Below, in pieces: positions 55,242 to 63,211 of a stretch of 64,000 nt of DNA. The notes under the pieces are model-generated. The model made no database searches. It had not been told where the DNA came from and saw nothing but the letters and a program-made list of their open reading frames with translations. Within the stretch, counting starts at the first letter, position 1. Each line of letters opens with the position of its first letter. The stretch comes from Dehalococcoidia bacterium (lineage in GTDB: Bacteria; Chloroflexota; Dehalococcoidia; Lucifugimonadales; Australimonadaceae). The stretch is from contig CBDEVR010000002.1 in NCBI GenBank assembly GCA_965243745.1, forward strand, positions 967,935 to 1,031,934. Direction: 5' to 3'. A program made the position numbers and the translations under genes.

Positions 55242-56555
55242 ATGCCGAGCTACTACATCTGGACCGTTGGCTGTCAGATGAACAAGGCCGACTCCGAGCG
55301 GATGGGGGCGGGCCTGGAGCAGCTCGGCCTCGAGTCCGCCGACACCCCGAAGCAGGCCGACGTCATCGTCCTGAACAGCTGCGTCGTGCGGCAGCAGGCC
55401 GAGGACCGCGTCACCGGCATGCTCACGTCGCTCAAGCCGTGGAAGCAGCGCTTTCCGGAGAAGACGCTCGCCCTCATGGGCTGCATGGTCGGCCCGAAGC
55501 AGGACGACCTCCGCAAGCGTTACCCCTACGTCGACGTCTTCATGCAGCCCCAGCAGTTCGAGCCGCTCATCGAGCTGGTCGGCGACAAGATGGGCGTCGA
55601 TCCCGACGGCTGTGCGGGGCCGTTCGTGCCGGGCCATCCCTCGGTCACGACGCACGTGCCCATCATCCACGGCTGCGACAAGTTCTGCACGTTCTGCATC
55701 ATCCCTTACCGGCGCGGGCGCGAGGTCTCCCGGCCCGTCGACGAACTCGTCGAGGAGTGCCGGATGCTCGTGGCGCGCGGCGTCCGCGAGGTCACGCTCC
55801 TCGGCCAGAACGTCGACTCCTACGGCCACGACCTGCCCGGCGCGCCCGACCTCGCCGACCTCCTCGAGGCCGTTCACGAGCAGGTGCCCGAGCTTGCGCG
55901 CATCCGTTTCCTCACCTCCCACCCCAACGACATGAGCGAGCGCATCATCGACGCCGTCGCCGGACTGCCGCGCGTGATGGAGAACATCAACCTGCCGTTC
56001 CAGGCCGGCAACGACGAGGTGCTCGCGAACATGCGGCGCGGCTACACCAACGCCGAGTACCGCGAGCTCGTCGCCCGCATCCGCGAGACCGTCCCCGGCG
56101 TCGCGATGGTCACCGACCTCATCGTCGGCTTCCCCGGCGAGACCGAGGCGCAGTTCGAGGACACGCTCGACATGGTGCGCGACATCCGCTTCGACAAGGT
56201 CCACTCCGCGATGTACTCCACCCGCCCCAACACGTTCGCCGAGCGCAGGATGACCGACGACGTGCCGCAGGAGGAGAAGCACCGCCGCCTGAAGGCGATC
56301 GAGGCGGCGCAGGAGACCATCCTCGCCGGGATCAACACCGCCTACTTCGGCACGACGCAGGAGGTGCTGGTGGATGGCCACAACAAGGGCCGCTGGCAGG
56401 GCCGCACCCGCACCGACAAGCTCGTCTTCTTCGAGCACACCGAGGACGACGGCGTGGTGCTGGGCGACGTCCTGAACGTGCGCATCACCCGCACGACGCC
56501 CTGGTCACTGCAGGGCAGGGCGCACGTGGCCACCCTTGGTAGAGTTCACTCGTGA
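55242..56555 (+). CDS. miaB: tRNA-2-methylthio-N6-dimethylallyladenosine synthase
   Basis: Start at MPSYYIWTVGCQMN (55242); the tracked start at 55164 would run through tRNA-Ser. Radical-SAM CDKFCTFC motif and C-terminal TRAM domain. Confidence 0.85.
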   Translation: MPSYYIWTVGCQMNKADSERMGAGLEQLGLESADTPKQADVIVLNSCVVRQQAEDRVTGMLTSLKPWKQRFPEKTLALMGCMVGPKQDDLRKRYPYVDVFMQPQQFEPLIELVGDKMGVDPDGCAGPFVPGHPSVTTHVPIIHGCDKFCTFCIIPYRRGREVSRPVDELVEECRMLVARGVREVTLLGQNVDSYGHDLPGAPDLADLLEAVHEQVPELARIRFLTSHPNDMSERIIDAVAGLPRVMENINLPFQAGNDEVLANMRRGYTNAEYRELVARIRETVPGVAMVTDLIVGFPGETEAQFEDTLDMVRDIRFDKVHSAMYSTRPNTFAERRMTDDVPQEEKHRRLKAIEAAQETILAGINTAYFGTTQEVLVDGHNKGRWQGRTRTDKLVFFEHTEDDGVVLGDVLNVRITRTTPWSLQGRAHVATLGRVHS

Positions 56556-56833
56556 CCAACGGCGGCACATCGCCCCCTGCGATCCATCTGGAGTTCACCC
56601 AGCACGCGCTTCAAGTCATGGAGGAACGAGAGATTTCCAGCGAGTGGGTCGAGCAAGCGGTAACCGAACCGGCGATACGTGAGCCGGACCCCTGCGACAC
56701 CGATTTGGAGAGGTTCTTCCGTAGCGTTCCTGAACGAGGGGGCAGGACGCTGCGTGTAGTCGTGAACACCCGCGTTGCCCCTTGGCGGGTCGTCAGCGTA
56801 TTCTTTGACCGTGGCATGCGAGGCAGACTATGA
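56552..56833 (+). CDS. DUF4258-family toxin-like protein
   Basis: 93 aa with the pattern ...FTQHALQVMEEREIS.EWVEQAV... typical of DUF4258. GTG overlaps the miaB stop (GTGA), and its own stop overlaps the next ATG (ATGA). Confidence 0.6.
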   Translation: MTNGGTSPPAIHLEFTQHALQVMEEREISSEWVEQAVTEPAIREPDPCDTDLERFFRSVPERGGRTLRVVVNTRVAPWRVVSVFFDRGMRGRL

Positions 56834-57870
56834 AACTGAACGTTGACAAAGAAGGCGATGCCCTCTACCTGCGCCTAGATGACTCGCCCATCGTCGAGTC
56901 CGAGGAAGTCTCGCCGGGAGTCGTGCTCGACTACAGTGCCTCGAACGAGGTGATTGGGATCGAGATGCTTCATCTCTCGACGCGTACTTCTGCTCTGGAT
57001 TTCTACAAGCAATCAGAATCGATTGGCAAGACAATGACAAAAGACGAAGAATTACCAGAATTCAACCTATTCAATGTCCTTGAGATCTGGCAGCGTGAGC
57101 GTCAGCATTCCGAATTTATTTCTTGGCTCCTCACTCCTGGTAATTCACATGGAATAGGCGATTCCTTTCTCCGTGCCTTTATCAAACTCATCACAATCAA
57201 AGGACGGAAGCTCCTTAGAGTCAATCAACTGCGCACTCTAATTCCGGATGCTCAAACGATTAGACGCTGGAAGTTCCAAGATTTGGCTGTCGAAACAGAA
57301 AGCAATCGAATTGATATATCTCTGATTGATGAGACGGATCGTTTCGTCTGTTTCATCGAGAACAAGATGTTCAGTACGGAACACTCCAATCAGCTAAGTC
57401 GTTATCTGAAGGAGGTGCAGACACGACACAAGAATTTCACCTTGCTTCCTGTCTTCCTTACTCCTTCAGGAATAAGGCCTAGGAATCCTCGCGATGCCGG
57501 GCAGTATATCCCCATGGGCTATCGAGAAATTATGACTCTATTGCAGAGTACACTGAATGACAGTCCTGATATGGATCCAGATATCACCAGCTTCATTCGA
57601 CAGTACATACGTGCACTTGAGAAATATGTATTGGTCGCCTCTGAATTCCTATCTATGCCCATCACCGTACTCGATTTCAACAACTACTACGACGGCTTAC
57701 GCGGCGCGTCAAAACAGTACCAGTTGAACGAAATTCTACTGAGCCGTGAACATTGGGATACTGGCAAACAGTTGATGAGCGAGGTAAAGAAGGCCAACCA
57801 TAACTTCTCGGAGGCATGGGTAGCAGGAGCCCTTTTCAATTACCGAGAGTGGCAGAGAATCAACTTTTAA
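56830..57870 (+). CDS. DUF2283 antitoxin-like domain fused in frame to a PD-(D/E)XK (PDDEXK_4-like) nuclease
   Basis: Residues 1-50 (KLNVDKEGDALYLRLDD...VVLDYSASNEVIGIEMLHLS) fit DUF2283. From M69 (ATG 57034) the sequence has EFNLFNVLEI..RERQHSEFISWLLTP..HGIGDSFL and a core IDISLID...CFIENK. There is no stop between the two parts. Confidence 0.6.
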   Translation: MKLNVDKEGDALYLRLDDSPIVESEEVSPGVVLDYSASNEVIGIEMLHLSTRTSALDFYKQSESIGKTMTKDEELPEFNLFNVLEIWQRERQHSEFISWLLTPGNSHGIGDSFLRAFIKLITIKGRKLLRVNQLRTLIPDAQTIRRWKFQDLAVETESNRIDISLIDETDRFVCFIENKMFSTEHSNQLSRYLKEVQTRHKNFTLLPVFLTPSGIRPRNPRDAGQYIPMGYREIMTLLQSTLNDSPDMDPDITSFIRQYIRALEKYVLVASEFLSMPITVLDFNNYYDGLRGASKQYQLNEILLSREHWDTGKQLMSEVKKANHNFSEAWVAGALFNYREWQRINF

Positions 57871-57900
57871 GCACCTCTTGACCATACCCAATTTAACAAG
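56990..57900. other. sharply low-GC segment (probable horizontally acquired DNA)
   Basis: Hand-counted 60-nt lines: 37% (57001-57060), 43% (57061-57120) and 45% (57421-57480). Flanking miaB (56401-56460) is 68% and nadC (58741-58800) is 70%. Confidence 0.8.
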
Positions 57901-57923
57901 TGTAACTGCAGGCGAAAAGCACA

Positions 57924-58562
57924 ATGCCAGAGCGACTAGCATGCCCCGGTTGCGGGAGGCCCCTTACCGTAGGGAGCTTGCACAACGTCTGTGTCTCGGA
58001 TGACCGCCGTTATCGGTACTGGCTGGAGGCTAAGTTGTCAGGCAATTCCGATAAGGTATGCCTCTTCCTCATGCTTAATCCCAGCAAGGCAGGCGCCTGC
58101 CGGTCCGACCGGACCATTGACAGGTGCAAGGATTTCACAAAGCAATGGGGCTACGGAATCTTGTGGGTGTGCAATCTGTACGCGTTTCGCTCTCCTAAGC
58201 CAGTCGGACTGCGCGAAGCCCTACGTGAGGGAGAAGACGTAGTCGGGCATCCCGCGAACAACAACCATCTTGTGGGGTCGGTCGAGCGTGCAGACCGGAT
58301 AGTACTTGGGTGGGGCGGCAGTGGAGCGAGTGTTCTTGGGAAGGACACCTTCAAAGAGCGAACCGCAGAAGTCGTTCGGTTGCTTGGCGGAGCGGGTGCG
58401 CATGGCAAGCTTTACGCACTGTGCCCTCCGAACAGACCACACCTGACAAGCGGCCAGCCACGGCATCCCAAATCCCAGAACTCGAACGATATGCCAGTTG
58501 AGGCTACCGAATGCAAGCGAGTGCGAATCGGCTCTGACGGAACGTTGGCGATAGCAGACTGA
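57924..58562 (+). CDS. DUF1643-family protein
   Basis: Motifs YRYWLEA, FLMLNPSKA, DRTIDRC, GYG, CNLYAFRS and GQPRHP match my recollection of DUF1643. GC is intermediate by eye (one 60-nt line counted near 50%). Confidence 0.55.
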   Translation: MPERLACPGCGRPLTVGSLHNVCVSDDRRYRYWLEAKLSGNSDKVCLFLMLNPSKAGACRSDRTIDRCKDFTKQWGYGILWVCNLYAFRSPKPVGLREALREGEDVVGHPANNNHLVGSVERADRIVLGWGGSGASVLGKDTFKERTAEVVRLLGGAGAHGKLYALCPPNRPHLTSGQPRHPKSQNSNDMPVEATECKRVRIGSDGTLAIAD

Positions 58563-58694
58563 GGATCCTCCCCATCCTCCTATCCTGCCCATCCCTGTTC
58601 ATTCCCCAATTGTGCATTCCGTCACAAAGTGCCCCTTGCGCCGCCGTAGAATTCCCTCTCACAAGCGGAACCCCACCTGGCGCGAGGTGAACCC

Positions 58695-59552
58695 ATGCTG
58701 CACCACTGGCACGGAACGCGTGAACTGATACGCATGGCGCTGGCCGAGGACGAGGTCGCCTACGACCCCACCTCCTCGCTCCTGCCCGACGACCTCACGA
58801 GCGAGGCCCTGATGATGCCGAAGGCCAACGGCGTCCTCGCCGGCGTCGACGTTGCCCTCGAGGTCTTCCGCGAGACCGACCCCACCCTCGAAACGACCCG
58901 CTTGGTCGACGACGGCTCGCCCGTCGAGCGCGGCATGTACGTCGCCGCCATACGCGGGCGCATGTCCAGCATCCTCCGGGCGGAGCGCACCGCCCTCAAC
59001 TTCGTGCAGCGCATGAGCGGCATCGCCACCGCCGTCAACGGCTACGTCCGCGCCATCGAAGGTCTGCCCACGCAGATGATCGACACCCGCAAGACGCTCC
59101 CGGGCTGGCGGCTGCTGGACAAGTACGCCGTGCGCATGGGCGGCGGCCACAACCACCGCATGAGCACCGGCGACGGCATCCTCATCAAGGACAACCACAT
59201 CGCGGCTATGGCTACCCGCGGCGAGAGCATGACCGAGCTGGTCCAGCGCGCCAAGCGCGACGCCGCCCACACCATCCGCATCGAGGTCGAGTGCGACACG
59301 CTCGACCAGGTGCGCGAGGCCGTCGAGGCCGGCGCCGACATCATCCTCTTCGACAACATGACGCCGGAGCAGATGCGCGAGGGCGTCGCCATCTGCAAGG
59401 GCCGCGCACTCACCGAGGCGTCCGGCGGCATCACCATCGACACCGTCCGTGACGTCGCGGAGACGGGCGTCGACCTGCTCTCCACCGGCGCGGTCACGCA
59501 CTCGGTCGCGGCCCTCGACATCAGCCTGGAGGTGCGGGTGGACGGAGCATGA
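58695..59552 (+). CDS. nadC: nicotinate-nucleotide pyrophosphorylase (carboxylating)
   Basis: QPRTase pattern (AERTALNF.QRMSGIAT, DTRKT.PG.R, GGG.NHR, LIKDNH). Confidence 0.85.
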   Translation: MLHHWHGTRELIRMALAEDEVAYDPTSSLLPDDLTSEALMMPKANGVLAGVDVALEVFRETDPTLETTRLVDDGSPVERGMYVAAIRGRMSSILRAERTALNFVQRMSGIATAVNGYVRAIEGLPTQMIDTRKTLPGWRLLDKYAVRMGGGHNHRMSTGDGILIKDNHIAAMATRGESMTELVQRAKRDAAHTIRIEVECDTLDQVREAVEAGADIILFDNMTPEQMREGVAICKGRALTEASGGITIDTVRDVAETGVDLLSTGAVTHSVAALDISLEVRVDGA

Positions 59553-60856
59553 GCCTGCTCCGCCTCGCCTGCGCCGCCGCCGTGCTGCTCGCCATGGCGG
59601 CGTGCGGCAGCGACACTCCCACTCCCACTGCGCCCGGTCCCGATGCATCGGGACCCTCAGCCCCCCAGCGCATCGTCTTCGTCGGCCCGCGGTTCGACGT
59701 CTGGACCGTGCAGGACGACGGCAGCGAGCCCACACATGTCATCGGCGGGCGTGCTTCCGGGCCCTCCCGCGGCTCCGGCGGGTCCGGCGCCGACGTCTCG
59801 CACCGCCAGCAGGCGCAGAACGTCGGCTACACGTGGCCGACCTGGTCTCCCGACGGAAACAGCGTCGCGCTCTCCCGCATCCCCGGCCGGGAGGACGCGG
59901 TCGCCAGTCTCGTGCTGCTGGACTCCGACAACCCCGACGAGCAGCAACTGCACACTACGCAAGCGGGCTCCGTCGGTCTCGTCGCCGCCGGCGCTCCGCA
60001 CTACGCCCTATGGGCGCCGGACTCGCGCCTCCTCTCGTTCGTCGCTCCAAGAGCGCCCGGTAGAGGGCTCGGCCTCTTCTCGGTCGAGCCAGCCGTCAAC
60101 GGCGCCGCCTACGAGATCACAGCACCCGCTCCGCTCTATCACGTCTGGTCGCCGGATGGCCGGTACATCCTCGTGCATCGCCGCGAGCAACTCCTGCTCC
60201 ACGACACCCACGACCGCTCGACGCATGACCTCGACGCCTCGTCGTTCCGCTACCGCGTGCCGTCGTTCAGCCCGGACGGCGAGCGCATCGCCTACGTCGT
60301 CGACGAGGGCGGCGACGGCAGGCTCTTCACGTCCGACCTCGACGGCGCCGCCCGCATGCCCGTGATGCACGTTCCCGGAGTGGCCGCGTTCGGCTACGCT
60401 CCCAACGACGCGCGCCTCGCCATCGTTACGAGGCCGCTGTCGAAGCCGTCGTACGACGAACTGTACGTGGTGGACGGGGATGGCGCGGGCGCCGATGAGC
60501 CGCTCGTGCGCGGGTCGCTCGCCGCCTTCTACTGGTCGCCTGACGGCTCGCGGCTCGCCTACGTCACGCTCGACGACTCCTTCGCGTGGCACGTCCTCGA
60601 CCCCGCTACCGGGAACACGCGACAGCTCACCCGCTTCATCCCCGCTCCCGATTTCCTCACCCACATCCAGTTCTTCGACCAGTTCGCGCCGTCGCACCTG
60701 CTCTGGTCGGCCGACTCCACAAGACTCGTGTTCGCGGGCGTGCTGGACAGCAGCGAGACTCCCGGGGTGTGGGTCGTGGACGCTGTCGGCGACGATGCCC
60801 CCCGCCGCATAGGCGACGCCCGCCTCGCCTTCTGGGTGCCGTCGGCGGTGGAGTAG
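59549..60856 (+). CDS. TolB-like / PD40 beta-propeller lipoprotein
   Basis: Lipobox LAMAAC. Repeated W(S/A)PDG(x)x(L/I)A(F/Y) propeller motifs. ATGA overlap with nadC. Confidence 0.65.
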   Translation: MSLLRLACAAAVLLAMAACGSDTPTPTAPGPDASGPSAPQRIVFVGPRFDVWTVQDDGSEPTHVIGGRASGPSRGSGGSGADVSHRQQAQNVGYTWPTWSPDGNSVALSRIPGREDAVASLVLLDSDNPDEQQLHTTQAGSVGLVAAGAPHYALWAPDSRLLSFVAPRAPGRGLGLFSVEPAVNGAAYEITAPAPLYHVWSPDGRYILVHRREQLLLHDTHDRSTHDLDASSFRYRVPSFSPDGERIAYVVDEGGDGRLFTSDLDGAARMPVMHVPGVAAFGYAPNDARLAIVTRPLSKPSYDELYVVDGDGAGADEPLVRGSLAAFYWSPDGSRLAYVTLDDSFAWHVLDPATGNTRQLTRFIPAPDFLTHIQFFDQFAPSHLLWSADSTRLVFAGVLDSSETPGVWVVDAVGDDAPRRIGDARLAFWVPSAVE

Positions 60857-60859
60857 CGC

Positions 60860-61528
60860 TTACCCCACCAGCCCCGCCACCACCTCCGCGAGCGAGACGC
60901 CCGCCAACGACGGCAGCACGGAGTCCGCGTGGCGCAGGTCCATGCCAGCGGTGAGCGGGTTCGGCGCGGCGACGCAGCGCAGCCCCGCCGCCTTCGCCGC
61001 CGTCACCCCGTGCGGCGAGTCTTCGATCGCGAATGCCTCGTGCGGTTGCATCCGCAGACACTCCAGCGCGAGGCAGTACACGGCCGGGCTTGGCTTGGGC
61101 TCTCCAACGTCGTCGCGGGTGCAGACGGCGTCGAACGACGGCAGTAACCCGAGCCGGTCGAGATGCCAGTCCACCCATGCATGCGTCGAGCTCGATGCAA
61201 CGGCGAGCGAGAGCCCTGCGTCCTTCGCCTCCGCGATGAGTTCCGCCGCGCCGTCGCGGGGGGGAAGCTTCAGCGTAACGTCCCGTCGCCTCGCACGCGC
61301 CTCTGCGCGTATCGCCTCGCGGTCTACCTCCCGCCCGATGCTGTTTTCCAGATGAACGAAGGCAGCTTCATTTCCCACGCCCTGGCCAATCACGTCCTTC
61401 CAAACGCTCAATGGCAGCGACGCGCCAAGCTCCGCGAAGATCGACGAATACGCCTCGTAGATGGGCTGCTCGGTATCGACGATGAGGCCGTCGAAATCGA
61501 AGACGATGGCGTGGAAGGGGATGCTCAC
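60860..61528 (-). CDS. HAD-superfamily hydrolase (beta-phosphoglucomutase-like subfamily)
   Basis: GTG at 61528 gives VSIPFHAIVFDFDGLIVDTE (DxD motif). Later motifs are ASSS and K-P, then EDS..G. The remaining 5' part of tracked ORF 60860..63166 is antisense junk over the amidase gene. Confidence 0.7.
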   Translation of the reverse strand: MSIPFHAIVFDFDGLIVDTEQPIYEAYSSIFAELGASLPLSVWKDVIGQGVGNEAAFVHLENSIGREVDREAIRAEARARRRDVTLKLPPRDGAAELIAEAKDAGLSLAVASSSTHAWVDWHLDRLGLLPSFDAVCTRDDVGEPKPSPAVYCLALECLRMQPHEAFAIEDSPHGVTAAKAAGLRCVAAPNPLTAGMDLRHADSVLPSLAGVSLAEVVAGLVG

Positions 61529-61598
61529 ACGAGCATTATACGGGTGCGCCAGTGAGGAGCCGCTATACTTGCGCGCAGCCTGCCCAGCGGAGAGTGCC

Positions 61599-61784
61599 AT
61601 GCCCCCCGAACTGACCCCGGACGCGTTCGCCTCGATGGCGCGCGCCGCCGGGATTACCGCCAACCCCGAACACCTGGAGAAGCTGCGCCCTGAGGTCGAG
61701 GCGATGCTCGGACGCATCGCTCCGCTCGACGACCTACCGGTCGACCACATCCCCGTCGAGCGCGCCGTCGGAGGCGTGGAATGA
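61599..61784 (+). CDS. GatC-like small subunit protein (AtzG-like), second copy
   Basis: ATG at 61599 follows GGAGAG. 61 aa (LTPDAFASMARAAGI...HLEKLRPEVEAML). ATGA overlap with the following amidase. Confidence 0.5.
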   Translation: MPPELTPDAFASMARAAGITANPEHLEKLRPEVEAMLGRIAPLDDLPVDHIPVERAVGGVE

Positions 61785-63190
61785 CGGACGTCACCTCGCT
61801 CTCGACTGCCGATCTCGCGCGCCGCATCGCCACGAAGGATCTCTCCGCCGTAGAGGCCGTGGGCGCGTTCGTGGCCCGCGCAGACGCGCTCGAGCCACAG
61901 GTCGGCGCGTTCATAACGCGCACCTCCGAGGACGCGATGGCCGATGCCCGCGCTGCCGACGCCGAACTGGCCGCGGGAAAGCCGCGCGGCCCGCTGCACG
62001 GCGTGCCGTTCGGCATCAAGGACATCTACTGGAGCGCCGGCATCGTCACGACCTCCGGTTCGGCGCTCGACGCCGAGTTCGTGCCGGACGAGGACGCCAC
62101 CGCCGTCCGGCTGCTCCGCGAAGCGGGCGCTATCTCCATGGGCAAGGTCAACACCGTCGAGTACGCGTTCGGCCCCACGGGACAGAACGCCACCTACGGC
62201 ATGCCGCGCAACCCGTGGGGAGAGGGCCGCATGCCCGGCGGCTCGTCCAGCGGCACCGGATCGGGCGTCGCGTCGGGCTTCTTCCCCTTCGGGCTCGGCT
62301 CGGACACTGGCGGCTCCATCCGCATACCGTCCGCGCTCTGCGGCATATCCGGCATCAAGCCGACGTTCGGGCTCGTGAGCCGGTTCGGCGTCACCCCACT
62401 CTCGCACTCGCTCGACACCGCGGGCCCGATGGCGCGCACCGTCGAGGACCTCGCCCTCATCCTGAACGTCCTCGCCGGTTACGACGAGCGCGACCCCGTC
62501 TCGATCGACGCCCCGAAGGTCGACTACGTCGCGTCGCTGGAGGGCGGCGTGAGCGGGCTTCGCATCGGCGTGCCCGCACAGTACGTCTGGGAGCCGCTCG
62601 ACGCCGACGTCGCGCTCGCGTTCAAGTCCGCGACGCAAACGCTGGAAGGGCTTGGGGCGCAGGTGACGGAGATATCGATACCCGAGTTGGACTGGACGAC
62701 TCCCATCGCTGCGGGCATCACGACCGCCGAGGCCGCGATGGCGCACGGCGCGCGCGTGCTCCGGGAGGGCGACCGCATGGACCAGGCGATACGCCGCCGC
62801 TTCGAGTCCGGCTTCTTCGTCCCTGCGACGGCCTACGCCCGGGCGCAGCAGGCCCGCGTCGCGTACGCGCGGGCGGTCGCGCAGGCGTTCACGCACGTCG
62901 ACCTCATCGCCATGCCCAGCGTCGCCACGCCCGCTCCGCTCGCCGACCAAGACACGTTGACGATTGGAGGGAACGAGGTCTCGTCGCGGGAGATGCTGCT
63001 GCGGCTGACGCGGGTGTTCAACCTCGCCCGCATGCCGAGCGCGTCCGTGCCCAGCGGCTTCTCGCCCGACGGCCTGCCGCTCGGCCTCATGCTGGGCGGC
63101 GCGCGGCTCAACGACGCCCTCGTCCTCCGCGCCGTCCACGCCTACCAGACCGCGACCGACTGGCACCTGCGCCAGCCCCCGCTAGGCTGA
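61781..63190 (+). CDS. amidase-signature family amidase, GatA/AtzE-like (paralogue)
   Basis: LHGVPFGIKD, GGSSSGTGSGVA and GSDTGGSIRIPS motifs. Confidence 0.8.
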   Translation: MTDVTSLSTADLARRIATKDLSAVEAVGAFVARADALEPQVGAFITRTSEDAMADARAADAELAAGKPRGPLHGVPFGIKDIYWSAGIVTTSGSALDAEFVPDEDATAVRLLREAGAISMGKVNTVEYAFGPTGQNATYGMPRNPWGEGRMPGGSSSGTGSGVASGFFPFGLGSDTGGSIRIPSALCGISGIKPTFGLVSRFGVTPLSHSLDTAGPMARTVEDLALILNVLAGYDERDPVSIDAPKVDYVASLEGGVSGLRIGVPAQYVWEPLDADVALAFKSATQTLEGLGAQVTEISIPELDWTTPIAAGITTAEAAMAHGARVLREGDRMDQAIRRRFESGFFVPATAYARAQQARVAYARAVAQAFTHVDLIAMPSVATPAPLADQDTLTIGGNEVSSREMLLRLTRVFNLARMPSASVPSGFSPDGLPLGLMLGGARLNDALVLRAVHAYQTATDWHLRQPPLG

Positions 63191-63211
63191 TACGACAACA
63201 AGGAGGCCGAC

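Noticed and set aside
55120-58600. Hypothesis that the low-GC islet is a tRNA-Ser-targeted integrative element
   Set aside because: A native-GC miaB gene separates the tRNA from the islet. No integrase is present, and I could find no copy of the tRNA 3' end as a direct repeat at the far boundary.
61529-63166. Upstream ~545 codons of tracked ORF 60860..63166 (minus)
   Set aside because: Only the last 222 codons (from GTG 61528) look like a HAD hydrolase. The remainder is antisense to the GatC-like and amidase genes and is compositional junk.
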